Assembly: GCA_002428665.1 (NCBI GenBank)
Contig: DIXK01000096.1
Coordinates: 49,524-113,523, forward strand
Reading direction: 5' to 3'
Source: Verrucomicrobia subdivision 3 bacterium UBA6082
GTDB taxonomy: Bacteria > Verrucomicrobiota > Verrucomicrobiia > Limisphaerales > UBA8199
Length of the DNA: 64,000 nucleotides
The notes under the pieces are model-generated. The model was not told the origin of the DNA, did no database searches, and saw only the letters and a program-made list of their open reading frames with translations. This document shows positions 55,918 through 63,145 of this stretch, in pieces. The position numbers and the translations under genes are program-made. How positions within the stretch are numbered: the stretch's first letter is position 1; every line of letters starts with the position of its first letter.

Positions 55918-56288
55918 TACCCAACGCATACCTACGTTCACAGAGCGCTTGGCTCATGATTGAATTAGTGGCGGCCCTTGGGCTCCTGCTTGCGGCGCTG
56001 CTGCCAGTGGCGTTTTCCTTCGCGGCGGAAAAGAAGTTGGCCCGTTCTCAGTATCAACGCGCCGTGGCTATGGAAATCGTCGATGGTGAATTTGAAGTGC
56101 TGGCGGCTGGCGAATGGCGCAGCTACGGACCGGGTACGCACGACTACAGAGTGTCGATGCGGTCAGCCACGAACCTGCCGCAGGGAAGTTTCACCCTGAC
56201 TATCGATAACCACCGGCTTCGATTGGAATGGATTCCGATCGCCAAAATGCATGGCGGCTCCGTGGTGCGGGAGGTGAAATTCAAATGA
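55911..56288 (+). CDS. Pseudopilin-like protein (degenerate class III signal, Ala at -1)
   Basis: 'YLRSQSA|WLMIELVAALGLLLAALL' has Glu at +5 and a hydrophobic helix. 125 aa. The start overlaps the upstream stop (ATGGTAA). Confidence 0.6.
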   Translation: MVIPNAYLRSQSAWLMIELVAALGLLLAALLPVAFSFAAEKKLARSQYQRAVAMEIVDGEFEVLAAGEWRSYGPGTHDYRVSMRSATNLPQGSFTLTIDNHRLRLEWIPIAKMHGGSVVREVKFK

Positions 56289-56785
56289 ATGAACGCGAGT
56301 CAATCCACCGCTCTGCGGGCGCGGGTTACCTGCTGACGGAGTGTCTCATCTATTTGAGCGTCGTGCTGGTGCTGCTCACGGTGGGGTACCTGGCGACTTA
56401 TCGCTGCATGAAGAACTCCGTGACCTTGCGGCGCAGCGCCGAGGACATTGCCCAAGCCCTCAGCGTCGGGGAGATTTGGCGGGAGGACGTGCGTCAGGCC
56501 GATCGGGTTCGCTGGGTTAACAGCGACGGAGTTGAAATGTGGTTCCTGGAAGGCGCAGCTACCACCAACGCTTACGCGCTCAGTGACAACCGGCTTTCCC
56601 GCTGGAACGAAAATGGACCCTGGGTAACGGTCCTCGCCAACGTAGAAAAAGCCAGTATGCAGCCCGACAAGCGGGCCCGCGTCGAGGCTTGGAGATGGGA
56701 GCTTGAATTGAAAACACGCACTAGGTTTGCCCGCGTGGCTCCGCTGTTTACCTTTACCGCTGTTCCTGCTACTGCCAAACCATGA
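56285..56785 (+). CDS. Pseudopilin-like protein (GspJ/PilW-like)
   Basis: ATG at 56285 in an ATGA overlap with the upstream stop. 'HRSAGAG|YLLTECLIYLSVVLVLLTVGY' has Gly at -1 and Glu at +5. 166 aa. Confidence 0.65.
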   Translation: MNERESIHRSAGAGYLLTECLIYLSVVLVLLTVGYLATYRCMKNSVTLRRSAEDIAQALSVGEIWREDVRQADRVRWVNSDGVEMWFLEGAATTNAYALSDNRLSRWNENGPWVTVLANVEKASMQPDKRARVEAWRWELELKTRTRFARVAPLFTFTAVPATAKP

Positions 56786-57012
56786 ACACCCAACCTCTAT
56801 CCAAACCCAAGTCAGGCAGGCTGCGACAAAGGGGCACCGCGCTCATCGTGGTTATCATCCTCCTCTCCATCATAGTGATGTTTGCTTTGAGCAACGTCCG
56901 GACTCTGGATCATCTCGGAAGAGAGCTCCGGTTGCTCGAAGTGCAACAACTCCGCAACCTCCCTGCTGCAATCCCGCGCCTACCAACGAACAATTCAAAG
57001 CAGCCTGGCTGA
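56782..57012 (+). CDS. Short GspK-like pseudopilin N-terminal-only protein
   Basis: ATGA overlap with the upstream stop. 'RLRQRG|TALIVVIILLSIIVMFALS' has Gly at -1 and no Glu at +5, as in GspK. It is only 76 aa. Confidence 0.55.
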   Translation: MNTQPLSKPKSGRLRQRGTALIVVIILLSIIVMFALSNVRTLDHLGRELRLLEVQQLRNLPAAIPRLPTNNSKQPG

Positions 57013-57042
57013 GGTTCGCAGAGTTCGTGCAAGGGACGGATC

Positions 57043-58494
57043 TCAGGTTGGCAGCCCGATCTCGCGCAGCAGGTCCTCGACAATCCAGTTCGGTTGCTTG
57101 AGTTGAAGACGGTCGGCGGCGGCTCCGTGTTGCCAGACGGCGTAGCGCAACGTCGTGAGAACATCGTTTTGAAGCGCGGGTTGGGCGAGGAGTCCAGCCA
57201 GAAAGCCTGACAAAACGTCTCCGCTGCCCCCCTGGGCCATGTGCGGATTGCCAGAACTGTTCACGAACACTTCGCCTTCCATGCGGCCAATCACTGTCTG
57301 GTGGCCTTTGAGGACGACCCACGCATTCGCGTACCGGCGCGAAATGTCGCGGACTGCAGCTACCCGATTGCTCTGGACTTTTTCGGTTGTAGTGCGCATC
57401 AGCCTGGCTGCTTCGCCTGGGTGTGGTGTGAGCACGCGAATAGCGTTCCGAGGCGTAATGTCCAACGGTAGCCAGTCCAGCGCACTGGCGTCCACAATAA
57501 GCGGCAACGCCGAATCACGCCACAACAGGCGGGCTTGCAGCTTCATTTGATCCGGCAAGTCCGAAGCGGCCAACCCGGGGCCCATCAGAATCGCAGTCCA
57601 CGGCCCGGGCAACTTCGTGTCAGCCCGCCATGGGGCGACCATAACCGCTTGGAGGTGGGAAGCCACCACGGGATAGACTGCTTCAGGTGTGTGTAGCGTG
57701 ATCAGGCCGGGTTGAGCCCGCTGCGCCCCTCTTGCCGCCAGCACCGCAGCGCCATGATAGCCACGGCTGCCAGCCACAATTGCCAGGTGCCCGTAAGTTC
57801 CCTTGTGGGTTCCTACTCTTCTCGCACTAGGGAAACCCGTGAAATCTTCGGGCACACTCCAGTTCAAGTCCTGCTTGAAGGGGCAAGTCGTCAAACCGAC
57901 ATCCGAAAGTATCTCCATGCGCCCGGTCGAAGCCCACGCAGTGTCGTTCAGCAGGCCGATCTTGGGCGCACCAATCGTCACCGTGATAGCTGCCTCGATC
58001 GCGACTCCATGATTTCGCCCGGTTTCGGCGTCAAGCCCCGAGGGGATGTCTACTGCCATCACCCTGCAGCCGCTTTGGTTAAGGCGTTGGATAAAACGAA
58101 TCCACTCTTTATCCAAAGGTCGATTCAACCCGATCCCAAAGAGACCATCAACCACCAGCGCCGGGTCTTTCCCCAGGCAGACCTCCAGTTGATCGTAGGC
58201 CTTGGCTGGGTCCGTTACCTCCACTAGATCGATTCGCCGCCCCGTAAGGTGTGGCTGCACCGCGCGGACGTCATCGCCGTTGTGACCTTTTCCAGCAAGC
58301 AAGAGAACCAGGTCATTGGGATGTGTCAACGCCAGAACGCGTTGAGCCAATCCCTGGCCGACCCGGTGGATGACCGCTGCTTCAGTTTGACCTGTGCCCC
58401 AGGTCATTTTTTCCCATTCCCGCATTTGAGCGACGCTCACGATTGGCATGGGCATAGGAATAGGATGATAACCCCGCTTCAGTATGACAAACAA
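57043..58494 (-). CDS. nnr: Bifunctional NAD(P)H-hydrate repair enzyme (epimerase + ADP-dependent dehydratase)
   Basis: YjeF-N block 'LLLAGKGHNGDD', and the C-terminal carbohydrate-kinase block 'GHLAIVAGS..YHGAAVLAA' plus 'MAQGGSGDVLSG'. Confidence 0.9.
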   Translation of the reverse strand: MFVILKRGYHPIPMPMPIVSVAQMREWEKMTWGTGQTEAAVIHRVGQGLAQRVLALTHPNDLVLLLAGKGHNGDDVRAVQPHLTGRRIDLVEVTDPAKAYDQLEVCLGKDPALVVDGLFGIGLNRPLDKEWIRFIQRLNQSGCRVMAVDIPSGLDAETGRNHGVAIEAAITVTIGAPKIGLLNDTAWASTGRMEILSDVGLTTCPFKQDLNWSVPEDFTGFPSARRVGTHKGTYGHLAIVAGSRGYHGAAVLAARGAQRAQPGLITLHTPEAVYPVVASHLQAVMVAPWRADTKLPGPWTAILMGPGLAASDLPDQMKLQARLLWRDSALPLIVDASALDWLPLDITPRNAIRVLTPHPGEAARLMRTTTEKVQSNRVAAVRDISRRYANAWVVLKGHQTVIGRMEGEVFVNSSGNPHMAQGGSGDVLSGFLAGLLAQPALQNDVLTTLRYAVWQHGAAADRLQLKQPNWIVEDLLREIGLPT

Positions 58495-58704
58495 AAAATC
58501 TTCCTCCGGGATGCGCTTTTATTGCGATATATCGTGCTGGCTGACAAGTCTCTCGCCAGGCTGGAAGAAGGCTTTCGATGAAACATTCCGTCGTAGTTGC
58601 GGTCCTTGGCGGGGGCGTCGTGAATACGGTCTTCAGGGGGAGAGTCAAAACCTTATGACAGACTGCGCAATTGGGCTTAGTCTGTGAATGGAACTAAGAA
58701 GTAT

Positions 58705-60921
58705 ATGAAAACGTGGATTTTCTCTTGGAGCTTTGGATTGGTCGCCGCCAGCTTGCTGTTCGCTGGTGGGTGCTCCTCGCGTTCAGCCGAGGTTGCTACA
58801 CCGGTCTTCTCTGCCTCTTCCCCTGAGGTAGTGACGAATACCGAGGCTTCCCTGACTGTGGCCCCGGCCGTTGACGTGGCGGATGTAGAAGTCCTTGAGG
58901 TCGATCCTGCCCAGGCCGAGGTGAGGGCTGTCGAGCAGCCAACTTCGCCCGCTATTCAACTGACCGGCCCTGCGACCGAGTTGGCCAGAATGGCACAATC
59001 CGGGGTCGAGGAAACGGTCATGCTCGCGTATGTAACCAACAGCGCCAGTCTGTTCAACCTTTCTGCAGATCACGTCATCTACCTGAGCGACATCGGTGTT
59101 CCGTCATCCGTGTTGACGGCGATGATTCAGCAGGACACCCAGGTTAAGTTCTCTTCCGTGGCAGCGCCTACGGCTGCGGTTGAGCTGCCAACCCCGGCTC
59201 CGGCGGAGGTGGCGCCGCAACCGGACGCCTCTGCCGCACCCGCTGCAGTGCAGCCCGGGCCAAACGTGGCCCAGGGAACTTTCGAAACCTCGCTTTCTCC
59301 TTACGGCACGTGGTATGAGGTGGAGGGATACGGCCGGGTTTGGCAGCCAACTGTGGTGGTGGTGAATACCGGTTGGCAGCCCTACTTTCACGGGGGGCGC
59401 TGGATTTGGAGCGACTACGGATGGTATTGGTATTCGGATTACTCTTGGGGCTGGGCGCCTTTCCATTACGGACGTTGGTTCCGGCATCATCGAATCGGGT
59501 GGTGCTGGGCTCCGGATACGATTTGGGGGCCGTCTTGGGTGACTTGGCGCTACAACGACGCGTATTGTGGCTGGGCGCCACTGCCTCCGGCCGCATGGTA
59601 TCGTCCGGGTTTCGGATTTACCTATTACGGTCGGTCCATTGGCTTGCACTTTGATTTTGGACTCGGTCCTGATTGTTATGCTTATATTCCGGCCCGCCAT
59701 TTTGGTGCTCATCGGTTGCATCACCACGCAGTCCCCCGCCATCACGTGGACTCTATCCACCGTGAGACCAGTATTGCGAACCGCATGGTGGCTCATAAGA
59801 ATACGACTATTGTCAACGAAGGCATTCCTCCTTCCTATGTCGCCAAGGCTACGGGCAAGAAGCTTAACAGGGTCACGGTTCGTGAAACCGGAACACCGGG
59901 GGAGCGGCCAGAGCGTATGGCGGACAACGGCAAAAGCGTGGCCGTCTATCGCCCGGCGATCTCCGGCAATGAATCACGGCTGACTTCCCGGCCTCAGGCA
60001 GTTTCTGGCAGCAGCTCGCCAAGAGGTGCTGGAGCCATCGCTGGAATGCCGTTGAAGGCGAGCCAGCCTGCCATCGCCCGGCCTGCCTCGCAGGACTCCC
60101 GATTGACTCAGAGACCGGCGCCGGCAATCCCGCGTCCCGTAGCGGTTCAAGCAAGACCAGATGTCGCTCCGGGCAGCGTGGACTCAACGCGTGTGACAAA
60201 GGCAACTGTGCCCGCCAAGGAGCCAGCTCCGCTGATTATGCGAGGGACACCGCCAGTAAGAGAGACGCCCGCGCAACCGATGACTCCCACACGCCCCACC
60301 TCCGTGCCTCAGACCACCCAAGGGACACGGCCATCGACCCCGGTCACTCAACCGGGAGCAGTCCAGCCTGTGTCTCCCACTCGGCCCACACCATCCGCGG
60401 TTGGGTCAGGCGACACCGGCAGAGGGTTGAATACGCGACCTGCACTTCAGCCAACAAGGCCCGCGGTCATTCCATCATCCAGTAGTTCTCGCTTAACGGA
60501 GCGCCCCAGCGTCACGATGCCTGCCCCGTCTGCGGTGGCGCCGACCTACAAGGCTCCGGCACCAACCCGAAATTACACGCCGACCGTGCCAGTCAACCGG
60601 GCGCCCGCTGTGCAGGCACCGAGCCGTCCAGCACCGGCCTATCAGGCACCGGTCGTGCCCGCCCCGAGCCGTCCGACTCCGTCCTATCAGGCGCCGGCGC
60701 GGATTACTCCCCAATCGCAGCCTCAGACCGCTCCGCGAATGAGCACTCCGATCAATTCTGCGCCTTCAATCCGCCCCACGCCGGCCCCTGTCGCGCCCTC
60801 TGTTTCGGTCTCACCTCGCTCCGCTCCTTCTTCGGGTCTGCAGTCGCGCCCGAGTTCGGTTCCTCAGTCTTCAGGCTCGCGGATGACGGAGCGTAATGGA
60901 TCTGCTCCCAGCCGCCGGTAA
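58705..60921 (+). CDS. Lipoprotein with Trp-rich repeat core and long Pro/Ser/Thr-rich C-terminal half
   Basis: The ORF track starts at GTG 58684. The ATG at 58705 gives the lipobox MKTWIFSWSFGLVAASLLFAGG|C. The Trp-rich core is 'YGTWYEVEGYGRVWQP...GWQPYFHGGRWIWSDYGWYWYSDYSWGWAPFHYGRW'. The C-terminal half is about 350 aa and P/S/T/A-rich, with 4 'SR(L/M)TxR' motifs. Confidence 0.8.
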   Translation: MKTWIFSWSFGLVAASLLFAGGCSSRSAEVATPVFSASSPEVVTNTEASLTVAPAVDVADVEVLEVDPAQAEVRAVEQPTSPAIQLTGPATELARMAQSGVEETVMLAYVTNSASLFNLSADHVIYLSDIGVPSSVLTAMIQQDTQVKFSSVAAPTAAVELPTPAPAEVAPQPDASAAPAAVQPGPNVAQGTFETSLSPYGTWYEVEGYGRVWQPTVVVVNTGWQPYFHGGRWIWSDYGWYWYSDYSWGWAPFHYGRWFRHHRIGWCWAPDTIWGPSWVTWRYNDAYCGWAPLPPAAWYRPGFGFTYYGRSIGLHFDFGLGPDCYAYIPARHFGAHRLHHHAVPRHHVDSIHRETSIANRMVAHKNTTIVNEGIPPSYVAKATGKKLNRVTVRETGTPGERPERMADNGKSVAVYRPAISGNESRLTSRPQAVSGSSSPRGAGAIAGMPLKASQPAIARPASQDSRLTQRPAPAIPRPVAVQARPDVAPGSVDSTRVTKATVPAKEPAPLIMRGTPPVRETPAQPMTPTRPTSVPQTTQGTRPSTPVTQPGAVQPVSPTRPTPSAVGSGDTGRGLNTRPALQPTRPAVIPSSSSSRLTERPSVTMPAPSAVAPTYKAPAPTRNYTPTVPVNRAPAVQAPSRPAPAYQAPVVPAPSRPTPSYQAPARITPQSQPQTAPRMSTPINSAPSIRPTPAPVAPSVSVSPRSAPSSGLQSRPSSVPQSSGSRMTERNGSAPSRR
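60616..60705 (+). repeat. Two tandem about 45-nt (15-aa) repeats inside the Pro-rich tail
   Basis: GCACCGAGCCGTCCAGCACCGGCCTATCAGGCACCGGTCGTGCCC is followed by GCCCCGAGCCGTCCGACTCCGTCCTATCAGGCGCCGGCGCGG. These encode APSRPAPAYQAPVVP and APSRPTPSYQAPAR. Confidence 0.75.
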
Positions 60922-61073
60922 CTGTTTTATTAATCCTTGGCTAAAAGTTGTGCTTTTGCCGCCGGGTTACTGTTGGCAGTATGGCCTTAGTGGGCATCAC
61001 TCCGCAGCAGTTTAAGCAGATTCAAGACCGGCTCGGAAAGCCGGCCCGTGCAGCATCACCTGTATTTGAGGTG

Positions 61074-61604
61074 ATGCCCGCAGCCATACCCCAAGCCCAG
61101 TCCCACGCCGTCATTCTGGGGTTGGATCCATCGTTGAGGGGGACTGGCTTCGGGATCATTCGCCTGGCAAAGCCATGCCCAGAGACTCTCGCTCACGGCA
61201 CTATCAACTGCCCGGCTAGTTGGGAGCGATCCCGGTGTTTGGTCCAGATTTCTCAGAGCCTGCGTGAAGTTGTCAAACAGCACCGACCAAACGTCTGCAT
61301 TGTTGAGGGCCTTTTCTACGCCCAGAACTTTCAGACCACGCTGATCATGGGCGAGGCGCGGGGCGCCGCACTGGCGGTGGTCGCCGAGGCGGGACTGGAG
61401 ATCTATGAGATCGCTCCGCGTAAAGTGAAGCAATCCATTGTGGGCTACGGAGCTGCACAAAAAATCGCAGTGGCCAAGATGGTCCAGCGGATGTTGCGCT
61501 TGAAAGAGCTGCCGGCGCCTGATGCTGCCGATGCTTTGGCTTTGGCGCTGGCCCATGCCGGAGAGCAAGGCCGCTACGGGCTGGCCCGGCCAAAAAAAAT
61601 CTGA
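61074..61604 (+). CDS. ruvC: Crossover junction endodeoxyribonuclease RuvC
   Basis: Core 'VILGLDPSLRGTGFGII' (catalytic Asp), 'IVEGLFYAQNFQTTLIMGEARG' and 'PDAADALALALAH'. The ORF is open from 60948. The ATG at 61074 gives a near-canonical length, so the start is uncertain. Confidence 0.85.
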   Translation: MPAAIPQAQSHAVILGLDPSLRGTGFGIIRLAKPCPETLAHGTINCPASWERSRCLVQISQSLREVVKQHRPNVCIVEGLFYAQNFQTTLIMGEARGAALAVVAEAGLEIYEIAPRKVKQSIVGYGAAQKIAVAKMVQRMLRLKELPAPDAADALALALAHAGEQGRYGLARPKKI

Positions 61605-61641
61605 CTTCAATAACCCCCCAGACCCCCCACCTGTTCTCAGG

Positions 61642-62244
61642 ATGATCACGTTTCTAAAAGGCAAAGTCGTCGAAGCTGTTCCGACCCAGGCAACGATCGA
61701 AGTGCAGGGTGTCGGATATGAGTTGCTCCTTCCCCTTTCCTCGTACACCAAACTGCCCTCGCTCGGTTCAGAGACCGTCATCCTCACGCACCTCGTCGTG
61801 CGTGAGGATGCCCATGTGCTTTACGGATTCATGACCGCAACGGAGCGCGATCTTTTCCGCATGCTCATCAACACAGTCAGCGGAATCGGGCCAAAGATCG
61901 CATTGAACATTTTGAGTGGCATCAGCGTCGCCGCGTTTCGCGGGGCTGTCGCCAACGGCGATATCAAAGCGCTTTCCCAGATCTCAGGGGTGGGACGGAA
62001 GACTGCGGAACGCATTGTGGTCGAGTTGAAGGACAAAGTGGGAGGATCAGGAGCTTGGGAAGCCGCGAGCGAACGTCGTGCGCTTTCTCCTGAAGACCAG
62101 AAGATCAATGATGCGGTGCTGGCGTTGATCGCGCTCGGGTTCAAGCAACCAGAGGCGCATGATGCGGTTCGCAAAACCCTGTCCACTTTGGGACCAGAGA
62201 CGGCGGTCGAGGACCTGGTTCGGGCGTGCTTGAAGAAAGGATGA
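61642..62244 (+). CDS. ruvA: Holliday junction DNA helicase subunit RuvA
   Basis: The ORF track starts at 61522, inside ruvC. The canonical start is 'MITFLKGKVVEAVPTQATIEVQGVGYELLLP'. HhH motifs are 'SGIGPKIALNIL' and 'ISGVGRKTAERIVVEL'. Confidence 0.92.
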   Translation: MITFLKGKVVEAVPTQATIEVQGVGYELLLPLSSYTKLPSLGSETVILTHLVVREDAHVLYGFMTATERDLFRMLINTVSGIGPKIALNILSGISVAAFRGAVANGDIKALSQISGVGRKTAERIVVELKDKVGGSGAWEAASERRALSPEDQKINDAVLALIALGFKQPEAHDAVRKTLSTLGPETAVEDLVRACLKKG

Positions 62245-62966
62245 TCGTGGAGCCAACCCATTCACAACCAACTGCTTCGCCGCGACGAAACCGTTCAGGC
62301 GGGGTGGTGGTGCCTCACCCACCTAGATGGTTCCACTGGGTGGCCGCGTGGTTAATCGTGACCGTGATTCGCGCCCTGGCCGCGACGTTGCGGTTTCGTT
62401 GGCACGATGGGTCCGATGGGTTTCTGGACAGGCATTCGGGACCCGCCATTTATTGCGTATGGCACAACCGCTTGGCGTTGTGTTTGCCGGCATATTACAG
62501 CTATGCCAAACGCCGGACCCGCACCGCAGGCTTCGCTGCGATGGTCAGTGCCAGCAAAGACGGTGGTTTCCTGGCAGCGGTGCTGGAATGCTTTGGCGTG
62601 CAACCCGTGCGCGGGTCCTCCAGCCGCCGTGGACCCCAGGCTTTGCTGGAGTTGACCACTTGGGCTGAAAAGGGATATGATCTCGCTATCACTCCGGACG
62701 GGCCTCGGGGCCCTCGTTACATTGTGCAGGAGGGTATAATGTCACTGGCGCAGCTTACGGGTCTGCCAATAATGCCATTCTCATATGACTTGGGATGGAA
62801 GGTTTGTTTGAAGAGTTGGGATCGGTTTCAAATTCCGCTACCCTTCTCCCGTTGCGACATGAAGATCGGCCAGCCCATCAAGGTTCCGCGCGGAATCTCC
62901 GCGGAGGACAGGGCCAGCCTGCGCCGGCAGTTGGAGCAGACGTTGAAACAGCTGACTCTCGAGTAG
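62226..62966 (+). CDS. DUF374 / lysophospholipid acyltransferase-like protein
   Basis: 'VSASKDGGFLAAVLECFGVQPVRGSSSRRGPQALLEL' and 'ITPDGPRGPRY' are DUF374 signatures. The start overlaps the ruvA end by 19 nt. Confidence 0.75.
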   Translation: MLEERMIVEPTHSQPTASPRRNRSGGVVVPHPPRWFHWVAAWLIVTVIRALAATLRFRWHDGSDGFLDRHSGPAIYCVWHNRLALCLPAYYSYAKRRTRTAGFAAMVSASKDGGFLAAVLECFGVQPVRGSSSRRGPQALLELTTWAEKGYDLAITPDGPRGPRYIVQEGIMSLAQLTGLPIMPFSYDLGWKVCLKSWDRFQIPLPFSRCDMKIGQPIKVPRGISAEDRASLRRQLEQTLKQLTLE

Positions 62967-63145
62967 CGTTTTCTCCCGGACTCGGATGCCAAAGATGTCT
63001 TAAAAAGCTGGCATAACCTGCCTGAGTCAAGGATATTGATTTAGAGGGTTCATGGCCGATCTTGCACGGCGTGTTCGGCCTGCCCGACCGAGTTGCTCGC
63101 TTGCCGGAGGCGGGCGCTCACAGTGCAGCCGGCCAGTTTATCATC

